In this document: positions 12,850-26,725 of the stretch, piece after piece
How the letters are laid out: every line of letters begins with the position of its first letter
How positions within the stretch are numbered: the stretch's first letter is position 1
From: Octopus vulgaris
Taxonomy: Eukaryota
DNA length: 64,000 nucleotides
Direction of reading: 5' to 3'
NCBI GenBank assembly: GCA_951406725.2
Contig: OX597825.1
Span: forward strand, 2,666,001 to 2,730,000
The notes under the pieces: generated by a model
What the model was told of the DNA's origin: nothing
Seen by the model: the letters and a program-made list of their open reading frames with translations, nothing else
The model's database searches: none
Made by a program: the position numbers and the translations under genes

Positions 12850-13440
12850 TGCTTAATATCGGTATTTATTTTGCGTCTCTGCACTTTGAACAATACAGTA
12901 ATGACTGTAAGCCCCGGACGATGTCGTGATTGATAAATAAAACACAAACTCATGATCTCGGTTGCAATGTCTTAAGTTATGATCTGCTTGAATATGTTTG
13001 GATAGAGGCAAACGGAAAAAAAAAATAAATATAAGAACCGAAGCAATTTCAGAAACAAACTTAAAATCGCTGAAATATTGTCTCCCACAGAATTTAGAAG
13101 AGTATATAACATGCTGTCGAGCAGACAGAGAATCTTTTAGAATAATGATTAAATACATTACATGTTAAAGAAAGCCATTGTTTCTTAGTTCCCGGTAATT
13201 ACTAGTGTAATTAGTAACAAGAGAAGGAAATAATATTCCGTGTGTATGGAATGTCAACATTAATGCTCAATTTCCTTCACAAGGATTAGTTCCTTTAATT
13301 TCCTGCAATTTTTCGATATTACCCTTTCCTAGTATAGAAATATTTAGCCCGAAGTAGAACGAGAATGGTACTTACGTATTTTCTTCTGATTTCATTATTT
13401 TCGCTTCTTTTCTTATCAATGTCTTAAATGCCTACTGCTG
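12850..13440 (+). pseudogene. IL-17-like relic
   Basis: NDCKP; KYCLP; ISCNF..IEIF; NENGTYVF. Confidence 0.35.
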
Positions 13441-13786
13441 AAACTGATTATGTAATTCTTTTTCCATTTAGTTCCTAGCAGATTCAAAGGCACACGTATA
13501 TGTGATTGTAATTACTAATTCACCTATTTTGAGATGGTTTCTAACACAGTGCTATTGAGTGCATTAAAAGAGGAAATAAAGAGAATTACGACCAATTTTA
13601 CACAAAGTACGTTACCTTATATCGTACATAAACACACATAACGAGTAAAATGCTTTCAATGTTTAGTGATTATACTATATCAATTGTTAGATTATACTGT
13701 AAGTATATAGAGCGTGAAAATGATGGATAATTAGGATTAATAAACGTGTATATACATACACACACATGTATATATATATATGTATT

Positions 13787-13834
<48 letters not shown>

Positions 13835-13869
13835 TATTATATATATATATATATAATGTTAGCTGAGTT

Positions 13870-14240
13870 AGAGGTTAGAATAACCGTTTAAGGGATAGAA
13901 ATATTCATTACACTACCGGTATATTACCTATGCTTAACCATGGACTTACATATGCTATATGCAAGAATATTCTGCGCATAAAATATAGGTAAACACAAGG
14001 ATTAACATGGGTTTATCACGAATCAAAATCTAAAGAAAAGAGAAAATGGAGAAATATTGATGAACAACAATTGACTTACATAATTTATTATATTTTGATT
14101 CAATATAAATAGACTGCATCCATCCAACAGCTGTTTCCGCTTCCAATGTTGTATGTTAGTGCTATTGATAGGGAAGGAACGGAATAAAATGCTTCTTGGG
14201 CTACGACCACGCATTTTGCTGTACACACATATGTTTCCAT
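13870..14240 (+). pseudogene. IL-17-like relic
   Basis: LYARIFCA*NIGKHKD*HGF (cf. RSxCPW..D..RF); terminal FAVHTYV. Confidence 0.4.
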
Positions 14241-14274
14241 ATACGTTTACGTATGCCCTCTTGCGTATATATTC

Positions 14275-14490
14275 TTCTATTCATGTATTTGCTTCAGTCG
14301 TCTGACTACAGCCATGCTGCGGCACCGACTTTAGTCGAACAAATCGATCCCAGGACTTCTTCTTTGTAGGCATGGTAATATTATATCCCTACGTCTGCCG
14401 AAGCGCTATGTTATGGGGAGGTAAATACATCAACATCGGTTGTCAAGTGATGGTGAGGGACAACCACAGACACAGACACAAACACACATT
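14275..14490 (-). mobile_element. SINE fragment (same family as 40905-41300)
   Basis: TTCAGTC..TGACT..GCCATGCTG..CACCG...CGGTTGTCAAG...ACAAACAC shared with the other copies. Confidence 0.75.
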
Positions 14491-14554
14491 CACATACATA
14501 CATACATACATATATACATACATACATACATACTTACATATGTAAATATATACT

Positions 14555-14602
<48 letters not shown>

Positions 14603-14606
14603 AATA

Positions 14607-14660
<54 letters not shown>

Positions 14661-14739
14661 AAAAAGATAAAACATGACTGGAAGAGGATGCGTGGCGTTC
14701 AATCATACAATAAAATAAATAATATAGTATTTATTTTAT

Positions 14740-15055
14740 ACAAATGGCCTATGAAGAAGGTATATGCAATCGACTAAAAATAAGCAATCGAAATAAAACT
14801 CTGAAGCATGTCATGCGACTAAAAACCTAAATAAAAATGTGAATCGACTAGAAACTCTTCTTTTTACTCCCCTCAGTTAAAAATATGTAAAAAAGTGCAT
14901 TTCATGAAAACCGTGGTAGGTTGAAGTTCAGGAGCGTAAGAGAAATTTAAAAAATCAAGTCTCACATATTTATGGCCATTTCGGAAGTTCACGGCCGCGG
15001 TTTGATTGCGAGTTAAGGTGTATCTCGGCAATGGCTGTCTCATCAGGATGAACAG
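14740..15055 (+). pseudogene. IL-17-like relic
   Basis: EGICN..ISNR; NKNVNRLETLL; KCIS*KP..VEV..KR; LGNGCL. Confidence 0.45.
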
Positions 15056-15177
15056 GAAATCAACAATTAGTCATTGTTAAGAGCCATAGTAATATTTATA
15101 TATGATCAAATGTATGGAAGCGTGGTGTTACATAAAGTCGTTGACTCGAATTTAATGTTTGTTCTCTAATCAATGTT

Positions 15178-15217
<40 letters not shown>

Positions 15218-15544
15218 TGTATATATACATGCATACACACATATATTGCTCACATATTTATGTAACCCTGTATGTGTGCACGGCTCTACGTGGATTGTAA
15301 ATTAGAAAACGGTTTCTATCAGTTCTCCGACACTCATTATCATATATAGCGAATTTCTCCATAGTTCATTAGAAACGTGGTTACAATCTAAAATGATTAA
15401 AGCTAATGGTCGGATAGACTAAGGCCACCATACCAATCGATGAACAATAATGAAAGGAGTATACAGTAAAATAAGAAAATTATGTCTTTATGGAGAAGAG
15501 ATTTAGATAATCGTCAGAACAGGAAGAGGACAACTTCTAATCTA

Positions 15545-16330
15545 GGTAATTAGCTTTGGACATAATTCAAATTTTATGTTTGCAGCTAATTCATGCAAAG
15601 AATTTTCCACAATAGGAAGCAACAATTCTTTATTTCATCGTCGAATTCTAAAACTACGAATCATTGTTTGTGATGTAATAAAGACATCAATACACTTAGA
15701 TTAAAGCATCTGTACTGGTAATTAAATTCACGCAAAGTCTGCCAGAACTGCGTCAATTCTCTTTTTATATTTTGCTTCCTCTATTATCTTCGAAATTCTG
15801 CAGGTAAGCATAGATGATTACTAAATTATAAAAATAAAAACATTCTCTCGTCTAACTTTTGCCATTCTTCCTTAAAAGATGATCGGCAACTTGGATTGTC
15901 TGAAGAGAGCAAAACTGAAATTTGTTACGTCTACTCACTGGCACATTATGTGGAACGGGTTAAAGGATTCTGTTCCTTGGAAAGTAAATTGGTTAATCAC
16001 TGTCTAAAGCAATCCCGGTCATTATCCAGCTTAGTTTTGCTGCTATTATATTTATTGCGGTTGTTGATGGTCTTTAAGTTAAGCTCACAACTGACTTCCC
16101 AGATCCATGATCAAAGTAAGTCCAGCAATGGCGAAAAGAACATTTAATATAATTACAATTGAATTCTTGCAATGCAGGATCGAATTTATGGACAATTAAT
16201 ATGGAATGTACGAGATATTACTACTAGTTGTGGTAGGTTGAATACCTGGTTACAAGTTCAGTAGTGATATATACAGGTTCATAAAGAAATGGCAGTCTTT
16301 ATTCAATGATAATCGAAAGAAGACCTCATG
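15545..16330 (+). pseudogene. IL-17-like pseudogene with an internal repeat insertion
   Basis: ANSCKE; NFCH..GLSEES..YSLAHYVER; NMECTRYYY (16198); SDIYRFIKKWQSL. Confidence 0.55.
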
Positions 16331-16494
16331 AAGGATCTCTTGTTAATGACGTTGGAAAATAATCTTAGTTTTATTTACTCAGCATTACATATGTTGCATT
16401 TGTTAATAGGAATTGCAAAGCTTTATATGTTAGGTAAAAATATAAGATATTTCGTACAGACAGCGAATGAAATATCATTATCTATGTATCTATG

Positions 16495-16564
<70 letters not shown>

Positions 16565-16984
16565 ACTAAATATATATATCTTTCTATCTATCCATCTATG
16601 TATGTATGCATGCATGTATGTATGTATCCATCTATCTATCTATCTATATATCTATCTATCTGTCTATCTGTCTGTCTGTATGACTGTCTATGTTTCACCC
16701 TCTCTCATCTCTCCCCCTCTCTCTATATAAATTTTACACATAACATATATATATGATTTACACATTTCTTGTATGAGAACTCAGTAAACAATATTTTGTC
16801 AGCAATATATAACTCATATCAGTGGTACAAAGAAAGGATCTACTACATCCTGGATTGCAATACATAAATATATATATATGGTGGGTATGTGTGTATATGT
16901 AAGTGTGTGTATACAAAGCGTGAGAGAGAGAGAGTGAAAGAGAGAGAGGCTTGTTCGGATAAACAAATTATATACATAGATAGG

Positions 16985-17210
16985 AGCCACATGATCTGAC
17001 GCTGACAACCGGTATTTCCCAGTCGGTTCATAATGCAACGTGCAGCGACTTTGTCTTGTGGTTCTTCTCCCTAGTTCGTTGATTTGCGATGGCTGAAACG
17101 AAGGAACAGTGGGCTTCCGTAAAATTTTGTTTTTGTCGAGGAAAATGTCGGCCGAAGCAGTTGTTATGCCTTAAACAGTTTACAAGAACACTGCCATGAG
17201 AAAAAGAGAA
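16985..17210 (+). mobile_element. mariner 5' fragment
   Basis: MAETKEQWASVKFCF..GK resembles the mariner N-terminal HTH start. Confidence 0.65.
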
Positions 17211-17229
17211 ATCACCGAATCTCTTGGAA

Positions 17230-17585
17230 ATAATATTGTATAGTTTTGCATGCCATACTATGGACCAAGTTATGTACTGGGGGCGATCTGTCCGACTAAT
17301 CCCGCAGTTCAGTTACTAAAACAAGCAAATAGCAACAGATAAATGTTTAAGGAAATGACATTCATAATGTTGAAATATTGCTTTTCTGTGTTTGGTTTTG
17401 AAACGGATACTATGCGACAATATGTCTTATGTGAAGTATTAAACCCTGTTTGCCACCAGGTCTATACTTTCCCCATTATGTGGGTTTGCTTTTTTTGCCG
17501 TCAGACCTTTGTGTCAGGGTATAATACTATAAAACCTTTTTGCAAAATCTAATTATTTTATGTCGGATGTAAAACCAATGTTGCT
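17230..17585 (+). pseudogene. IL17: IL-17-like pseudogene
   Basis: One frame with two stops: GAICPT (17286)..LNPVCHQVYTFPI..RQTFVSGY..KPFCKI*LFYVGCK (17562). Confidence 0.65.
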
Positions 17586-18353
17586 GTAATGAAAATCATG
17601 TTTTTAACTTCTATTAATTTCTATGGAATTGTAATTGCGTCTCAATATTCATCGAAATGAAGTCATCGAGATAGCAGTAGGGCTTAGGAGTATTTCGCCC
17701 GTCTTTATGTTCTCAGTTAGAATTTGGCCGGGTCATCTTTGCCATTCATCCTTTCGCGGTCGATAAAGTTGAACACTGGGGTCGATTGAATCGACGTAGC
17801 TCCTCCTTCAGCAAACTTGCTGGCCTTGTTCAAACATTTGAAATCAATATTCATAGAAATGAAATCAAAGTAATAAACATCAGCCTAACAATGGCAGCCA
17901 AATTTATTCAAAAACATTCACTGCGAACCTATAAAGGGTGTGCACATTCGACAATGTAGTATCTGATTTAAAATAGAAAAGGAAACGTCTGCTTTATAAT
18001 GACAAATGAATACTGTCAAAAATTTAAAAAATTACTCCCGATTTAAATACATCTAATTAGCGTTTTGAAATCTTGAGGTCATACTGCTATATTAAAGGAG
18101 CGGTTTTGGAATCACTGCATGTCCCTCTCCCCACTACTCCAAAAATCCATCTTACCTTGTGTGATAAATACGATATACGATTATGAAATCCCTGACACAC
18201 GATGAAGACTACATCTATGTATTATGAGAAATCGCTATGATCATAGATCTGCTCAATTAGAAACGACCTTGAAATAAATAACTTTGACAACAACAACAGC
18301 TTCATATGATATTGATTTAGCTGTTGGAACCATTATCATATTCATTTCTCATT

Positions 18354-19060
18354 ATGAAAATTATGGTATTCTAATTAGAGATTCCAAAGTCAATCAGTCA
18401 TAAACTGCAACATAAAACTAACAGCATTCAGCGTATTGTTATTTGATCTTCTCTGTTTATGTTTAAGGTGTTAATGAGTAGAAATTTTACTGTTTTATGA
18501 AATTTTTACTGCTCTGCATCTGGAAGAAATTCTGCAGTGTCACTCGACCTGTTTCTAATGCTTGTTAAATCGCTCCCAAAGCAATCATTAGCATCTACAA
18601 TACTGATAGGCTACATTCAGTAATATGGTCCACATGCAGTTAGAGGAAAACATAACATAATGATGATTCCTGTAATGCATACCATCATAAATCGCTTTGG
18701 TTTCTTGATCATTCTGGGCGTTGGTATGGGACTAAACAAAAGCGATAACAAATGAAAGACGAAAATATATTTTAGTTTCTTATCTCAAAAATACACAAAT
18801 ATATTTAGGGACGAAATGAAAAGAGGCATAAGATAAGAACAAACCCAGAACGGCATCCAACAGCGTGAAATATGAGGCAAAATTAAAGTTCCTCAATATT
18901 GCAGTCCAAGATGTTTACCAAAAGATGCAACTCAAATTACATTTATGTCAAAAAGCAATTTTGAATGTTTCGAAAATAAAAGAAATAACTTTGGAGCTTT
19001 CGTAAAGCACTTCAAATCTTTTTTTTTGTAAACGTAGTAAATAACAAAATGCAAAGCTCC
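18354..19060 (+). pseudogene. IL-17-like pseudogene with a repeat insertion at ~18540-18745
   Basis: ATG 18354, donor 18366, acceptor 18467 in phase 0; NPERHPT..YEAK; YCSPRC; NFEC. Confidence 0.55.
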
Positions 19061-19064
19061 TTCT

Positions 19065-19305
19065 AGAGTCATTTTGACTGATGGCGGTCGATTTCCCGGT
19101 TTCTACGGCGTATATATTCGTAACCTGGACTCGACGCCATTCCGTCGGTCTATTACTCATTGTTCACCATCTGAGCGAACTGAAGCAACGTGAAACGAAG
19201 TGTTGTGCTCAATAACACGACACGTCACCCGATTGTTCAGGAGCCAAAAAAACCAAAATCATACTCTCATAAATCGTACGTCCTAATCACTAAGCCACGC
19301 GCCTA
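19065..19305 (-). mobile_element. tRNA-derived SINE
   Basis: Reverse complement starts GGCGCGTGGCTTAGTGATTAGG; core CACTTCGTTTCACGTTGCTTCAGTTCGCTCAG. Confidence 0.7.
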
Positions 19306-20063
19306 CACTTTCTTTAATAAGTCAATATTGAAAACCACTTAGAAACTCTCGGTAATATCGATAAAAGAATATTTTCATAATTGCAATTATCCTATTTTTT
19401 CTTTTACGATCATTATCAAAACACATTAGCACCCGGGAGAAAATAGAATCTTTAGCACCCAGTACAAAATATTTGACGGCATTTCTTCTGGCATGACGTT
19501 CTGCGTTCAAATTCCGCCGACGTCATCTATAGCTATCAGCATTTTCGGATAGGTAAACGGTGTACGAGTAGTTTCCCTGAAATTTCAGGCCTTAAGCTAG
19601 AAAGAATTATTTATACATATTTCACGGTTGGCGTATTGCCTGAATCACTATATCTTCGAAAAACAAATGTTTTCCTCTATATTTTCTGTCTACTTTCTCC
19701 GGAGTTCAAATTCCAGCGAAGTCGAATTTTTATCATTTCGGATAGTTAAAATGATGTAGCCACCACTTGGAATACTGGAGCCGACGATATTGACTAGTCC
19801 CCCAACTACAAATGCATTACCATTTGATTTAATCAGAAAACATTATTATTGCATAGCTAACGCCCTATGTTCTGTCAGTAATATTAGAACGTCTAGAATT
19901 ACCTTGTAATCTATTTTCCGGCTGATTGTTTTATGACTACGAATCCAGTCAAGTTCACCAATGCCCTCCTCATTTTAAGACTTCTAAAAATCAAGCACTT
20001 TGGTCAATAGAACTGAGTACTTGCATGTGTTTTGCTATTTCTTTAACCATGTTTACCCTTTAG

Positions 20064-20490
20064 TATGTTTAATAACCAAAATTGTATGATCGCAAATAAA
20101 AGGGGCGAAGACCTCAGGAGTAACGTTATTTATCGGGGTGCGTAGTTCTGAGACCGGCATGTGTCGATAGTGACATTCATTTTTGACATTGAGAAATCAC
20201 TACTCCGGCATTACAGACATATAATTAAGATTTCGTATAAAGGAATCACAGGGCAGATCAGTGTAGTTGAAGTAACCGGCGAGCGAATTAGCGGTAGGTC
20301 AATAACAAGAGGGCTGACTAATATCCATGTTTTCAGTTCGTAACTCTTAGGAATCTAGCTTGTAAATCTAATGTTCATTGCTTCTGGTACGACTCTATGG
20401 TAACGACATCAAGGGGACTCAACCACCACGGCCTTTTCAGGAATACTGGGCGAACAACAGATGTTTACATTTTATGTATGTTTTTAATAT
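20064..20490 (+). pseudogene. IL-17-like pseudogene
   Basis: ERISGRSI; CKSNVHC..Y..; HGLFR..DVYILCM. Confidence 0.5.
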
Positions 20491-20599
20491 TTAAAAAAAC
20501 AAACGAGAGTTTGTGATTAATTCTTAATGATTTTTTAAAAAATTGTAATTATAATTATTGACATGCGAGGCAAAGTGTAAATTTTAAATTAGCTTACAG

Positions 20600-21060
20600 T
20601 TATTTAGATATCTGATTCCGATTTTGTCTATGGATTTTGAAGAAATCTCAACAATGGTTCTATTTTAAGGCAATTTAATACAATTGATCAATTGTTTAAG
20701 AAAAAATCATGAATGAAATGGTTGATTAGTGCTAAAACGGAATTTCGTTCGTTTTTTATTCGGTTAATGTTTATTTCAATATTTTTTTAAAGAACTGTAT
20801 TCCTGAATCTAAATGGCAATTATTGTCGACTTGGGCTTCCTGACTACCGCTGAAATAAGCCAAGCATTAATTTTCACAAAATTTGGAATTATTCCAGAAT
20901 TCTAGATATTTTTTCAAATCTTTTTTTTTTTTACTCTAAAGACTGTTATAAGTTTTATACAACTATCATATTTAATATCATTATCAGTTTAACACCATCA
21001 TCGGGTTTTACAGTAATATCGATATTTATGCAATAATCACATTTCATTCTCTTAATTATA
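20600..21060 (+). pseudogene. IL-17-like relic
   Basis: Acceptor CAG 20599; LNGNYCR..NKPSI..WNY..LD; DCYKFY; GFYS. Confidence 0.4.
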
Positions 21061-21289
21061 TAAATTAAAAGATTACATAGTTCTGTGATAAAAGAATAAA
21101 GTATTCTATTCAGAATGCTAGACCTTTAAATTATGTATGAATCGGAAAACAATGTGAACTAACTACTTTTTTTAAATTATGAAAATATTGATTCTAAATG
21201 TCAAAGAAGGAAAAAAGAATGGAGAAATAATACAAACGATGAAAAGAAATTACACAAAATTAATGATATAAATAAATTCTAATTGTACA

Positions 21290-21730
21290 TTGCAATCGAT
21301 ATCGTAATAAATGGTAGAATATACTAATAAAAAAGAATAGGTATGCTAAAGATGTTGGCCTATATTTTATAATTGCTCTTCTCTCATAATGCTGATCAGC
21401 GAGCATTATTTTCATTGTGCTAATTATCATAATTGAAATATGATACGGAGTGATATATGTGTTGGTGCAGTAGTGGTGAATTATTAATTGTTATGTATTA
21501 TGATGAGATCTATAGAAAGACCTCTGCAAAACAGTGTAATCTAAAACAGAGCAGCAGGGGAAGAATTCATCGAGTGCACGTACGGTCTGCCAGTGTGAGT
21601 GCGGCATTATCACAGACAAAAGTGTGTCAGTTGTAGTGGTAATGTTGCAGAGAGGAGGAGGAGTTATGCGAAGAGGCAAAAAGATTCTAACGATATGTCG
21701 TGTTAACAAGATTTTCAATTTTGGATTATA
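21290..21730 (+). pseudogene. IL-17-like relic
   Basis: IVINGR; DQRALFS..KYDTE*Y; several downstream Cys. Confidence 0.35.
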
Positions 21731-21959
21731 TTATGAGCAATATACATGAATACACACCGGCAACATTTATGCAGATTCCATTACCATTCCTACCATCTAC
21801 ACTACTACCACTATCATCATTATCATGATCATCATCGTAGTTGTCGTGTCGTCGTCATCATCATCCTTGTCATTGTCATCATCGTCATCGACATCGTCGT
21901 CATCCTCAATATAATATTCAAGTTCGTTTGTTTTTCCATATTGGGACTGACCGAGCGTA

Positions 21960-22765
21960 TATTTTGAAATACTTGTCAGAGCGTCTGGGGAATTACATCA
22001 AACCAAAGCAGACCTGAACATTTTCTTCGTTGGTTTTTCAATTTATATTGCAGACTGATTACACCCATCTAAAATACACGAGCTCCTAAGGAATCCAGTT
22101 TCCTGCTCTAATCGATGAACGTATAATTAATATCATCACTAATGAAATATTCGAAAACACTTTTAGTGATTCCGGAAAAGATACATAGATTACTTTTAAA
22201 GATGAAGAATTTCTTTGGCAACGAAAAGGACCCCAAAACTGAGACAGAGTGAGAAGAATGTTGGAAATGTTCGAGGTCTTAGGATGTAATATGAGCACTT
22301 ATGTTCATTTCCTACCTGCGCATCTGGATTTTTTCCAGAAAATCTGGTATCTGTGTATGAGAATTAAGGAGAATAGTTTCATGAAGGCATAAGAAAGATG
22401 AGAAGAAGATATCAAGGAAAAAGGAATAACAATATGCTGACAATCTATTGTTACATGTCGTCTCAAAAAATGACTTCCAGGCGTAATTTCCAACTGAGAA
22501 AGAAATACGCTTGAAAGATGGTTTTTCCTTACCTGTTTTACCGCTCTATCCTGATAAATAAAGTTTCAAATTCATTTTTATTAGTTTCGTTATGGTATAC
22601 TATATATTTTTCTTCAAGTTATGGTATATTTTATTAAATTGTGAGCAAATCCTAGCCAATGATAAAGGACTTTATTGATATTTCGAATTAGCACCAATAT
22701 TTATATAAAGTAATAAACAATTATTAATATTATATTTAAAAAAAACTTCCTTTTCGCTGACCTGT
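21960..22765 (+). mobile_element. Chapaev3-like (CMC) DNA transposon 3' relic
   Basis: LGCNMSTYVHFLPAHLDFF(P)ENL..GE*FHEGI..MRRRYQG..ML..YC matches the conserved C-terminal block of this transposase type. Confidence 0.7.
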
Positions 22766-22769
22766 TATT

Positions 22770-23070
22770 ACAAACAACACATTTTTCTTTCATTGCTGTT
22801 GGACATCACAAGAATTCTCCTAAACAAACAAGAATATTCCAAAACATAACAAACTTGTGTCTGTCACATCATTTTGTCAGAAACAGTAAACGCAATTTTT
22901 CATTCGCGCATATTGTTGTCTGATATACGGGAATTATTCAATACGAATGTCAATGTTTGGAAGTATTGGGTAAAAAAGAACGAGAACTTGACTATCGTTT
23001 ATGTCTAAATATTCTTGTACAATATGGAGATACCCGAGATAATTGCTGTCATATGTGGTTGATTTGAAAT
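22770..23070 (+). pseudogene. IL17: IL-17-like pseudogene (3' part)
   Basis: HCCWT..NKNIP; LCLS; YECQ..RLCLN..Y; EIIAVICG* (23042). Confidence 0.6.
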
Positions 23071-23095
23071 TGACTTAAGCGCGAATATCTGCGTT

Positions 23096-23126
<31 letters not shown>

Positions 23127-23733
23127 GAATATATTACACATTTAATACGACAGTCAGTTTCACATCTCAGCTCAATTCATTATTATCACTAAAGAACGAC
23201 CAGAAATAAACACAAAAACATAATCTTGTATCTGTTTTCTTTTGAAGGTAAGTTGCTTTCATTAGCAGTATAAATTTAAATTAATGATCGATAAATAATG
23301 AGCATAGAAAGAAAACAGGGTACCTTCACCCTACACATCTCCCCTTCAAAATGCCATGGAGACAATTAAGCAGACACGACCACCTGCATACAGAACGATT
23401 GAAGAGGCTCGTTAATATGCTAGAGTTGAAACGTCTGTTATCGCAATAGGAAAGAATAACGATTATTTCTGCATTGATAATTACTATACAAGAGATTTAT
23501 AGTGATAATTATACCATGAGGGACCCTTAATCTTACGTTTACCGGCATTATTGAACCCTCGTTAAAATACAAAATTTAGTGGCACATTAATACGCATTAG
23601 AAACGAATAATGTACAAGCACACTCACACAAAGGCATACAGTCATATAGACGGACACGCACGTACACACACACTCATGCCATGCATATACGCTTATTTGT
23701 AGATGCTTGAGCATAAGTGTGAGTACATAGGCT

Positions 23734-23765
<32 letters not shown>

Positions 23766-23899
23766 CGTGTGTGTATGTGTGTAGAGGGTGGTGACGCACG
23801 ATGAGTAGCTTTTACTGCATTTTTGAATTTTAGAAGAAATGTATTTTTTACGATTGTTTAGAAATTTACAAAAGTTCTATCTATATTTGCTAAGATATT

Positions 23900-24302
23900 T
23901 ATTTTCTCGAAATGTATTATAAACATTATACAACATGAGCAATCACAGAGCACAAACCACTGCCAATACAACACTAACGTCCTCTCAACAATTAAAAGGA
24001 AATGAGTTTTGATATAAGAATATCTGAAATAAACTCGACTACTCTGGAAAATATACTAAAAATGAACACGATCCCAATAAAATATTATGGAAAAAATAGG
24101 AAAAATAGTTTAGTTTTATCCGTATCCATCCTGAAAACAATAACTCCGTCTTCGCTAAGGCGGGGGTAATAATATGAACACTCTTTAAGAAAAATCTCTC
24201 CTTTCGGTTTGAAAGGCAAGTTATATGGGGAAAACGAGTAAGAGTAAGGGAGTTTCTTTTATAGCTCAGAATTTTGTTTGCAAACGGAGTTGTACACATT
24301 AA
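23900..24302 (+). pseudogene. IL17: IL-17-like pseudogene
   Basis: LKGNEF*; LW/YTKNEHDPNKI (24067); NNSVF (NSVC with tgc>ttc); RSCTH. Confidence 0.6.
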
Positions 24303-24315
24303 TGTATATATATAT

Positions 24316-24760
24316 ACATCTTGGCAAAAATATTTAGGCTACCCCAAGGTTTTGGGGTTCTGCTTTCTCATTGTTAAGGAAACTCGTGCACATGGTAGGT
24401 TATGGTATATTTCACAATATGCACTTGCTTTAATATGTGGTTGATCCTCCTTTAGCATCAATTACCGCTTTTATACTGTACTGTATATATGTAACTAATT
24501 ATGAGTTAGACCAACGTCCAAAATTAACTTATATTTCATTGATTATTTCAAAGTTTTATGCTAGAATACATTGCAGATACAGTTAATAAGCAGTAAAATG
24601 CCTGAAACAAGGGATTTGAGTGAACATCCATGATAAAACTCCGAGTTTCGGATGCCGGGGCGGCATCTCTTCAGTTATCAGGCCATCGAAAAAAATGCTA
24701 TGAAAATGACCGTTAAAGCAAAGTGAAATTACCGTTATTTAGACAAAAGAACTATTAGAA
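24316..24760. mobile_element. Tc1-like non-autonomous relic
   Basis: Minus-strand AVIDAKGGST (Tc1 C-terminus) and plus-strand MPETRDLSE (Tc1 N-terminus). Confidence 0.55.
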
Positions 24761-24972
24761 TGACCGCTAAGTAACGACAGGGAGTAAATGCACGGGAGTA
24801 AATATATTCATAGTAATCGCGTAATAGCGCATGCCCATACATACACATGTCGCATGTGTATGTATGTATATATATATATATATATATAATAACAAAGGGT
24901 AAAATTAATTAATTTCACCAAGTAGAATTCGGCATGAAAAAGGACCATCTCTTGGTAAACATAAACAATATT

Positions 24973-25404
24973 TTATAATTGGCGTTCAGCAAAGATTTGC
25001 TTTACCACATAACGAAGTTTAGAAATAGCAGCCAAAGAACCTCAGCATATTTCTTCTACTTTAAGAAGAGACTCCCGGACAAAATCAAAGTACACGAAAC
25101 AAGCCACGCAGAAAAAGCGGAAAAATAACGAAAACCAATCGGTCGTGTTTCGGAATTAGATCGGTATAAAGAATGTGGAATTCATACTTTACCCAAACGT
25201 TTTTCCGCTTCAGCCGCGTCTATGGGTAATCAAATACCGATTGATCTTCGTTATTTTTCCACTCTGTCTGCGTCGCTTGTTTCCAGTACTATGTTTTTGT
25301 CCAGGAGTCTCTTCTTAAAGTAGAAAAAATAGCTAAGGTTCTTTGGCTGCTATTTCTAAACTTCGGTATGTGGTAAAGCAAATCTTTGCTGAACGCCAAT
25401 TATA

Positions 25405-25405
<1 letters not shown>
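24973..25405. repeat. Long inverted repeat (~170 bp arms, ~90 bp spacer), probably Penelope-like, in (TA)n
   Basis: 24973-25143 is an imperfect reverse complement of 25236-25405. Confidence 0.9.
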
Positions 25406-25440
<35 letters not shown>

Positions 25441-25512
25441 TTAAGGCTAGAGATTGATATTTATCAATTAAAACCAGTGGTCTGGCATATTAAAAAGAAT
25501 CCGAAGATTAAA

Positions 25513-25828
<316 letters not shown>

Positions 25829-25893
25829 TTAATAAGGGTGAGAGAATTAGATACTAATTTAATAGCATATCTATTCAACGCATATATATATAT

Positions 25894-25944
<51 letters not shown>

Positions 25945-25948
25945 CACA

Positions 25949-25991
<43 letters not shown>

Positions 25992-26098
25992 AAGAAATTA
26001 AGATTCAAGTAAATTCCAATGAATTTACTTGTAATAAAGCCTGTCTTTGTATGAAACAATTGTACTAAAAACTAATCCATTCTTGTTGCTTCTTTCTC

Positions 26099-26137
<39 letters not shown>

Positions 26138-26165
26138 CATCTCTCTCTCTCTCTCTCTCTCTCTG

Positions 26166-26196
<31 letters not shown>

Positions 26197-26229
26197 CCAC
26201 ATATATAAGGATATATATATATGTATATA

Positions 26230-26275
<46 letters not shown>

Positions 26276-26323
26276 TATATATATATATATGTGTGTGTGT
26301 GTGTCTCTATATATATATATATG

Positions 26324-26372
<49 letters not shown>

Positions 26373-26725
26373 TATATATATACACACAAATAACCTGGTT
26401 TTGTATGAAGTGGAGAATATATGAAAAACGTAGACGACAGTTTGGCTTTTTCACCAGTAACTCGCATAAATTCTGCTCACGCTCCAAAATGCCTAATTCC
26501 CTATATACCATATTATGTTTAAATTTATTTATCTGGCTTCTAATTCCACATACCTGACAGCATTATATATATAGAATTTATATACGTGGGTGTGTTTGTG
26601 CGTGTGTGCAGCAGAGAAGTAGGAGATATAGATATATGTGTTCACTCACATACATGTATATAGGGTATACATAAATATATGAACATACGAATCTTTCTAG
26701 GCTGCATATACAATGTATTTTGCAG

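Noticed and set aside
15285-15365. DCKLENGFYQF as an IL-17 C-terminus
   Set aside because: The DNA resembles the SINE segment GACGGG.TTCT.TCAGTTTC found at 41137 and 43265.
23250-23580. Further possible IL-17 relics (also 28900-29190, 35700-36010, 56320-56460, 58165-58322)
   Set aside because: Only one or two weak motifs each, so not reported as features.
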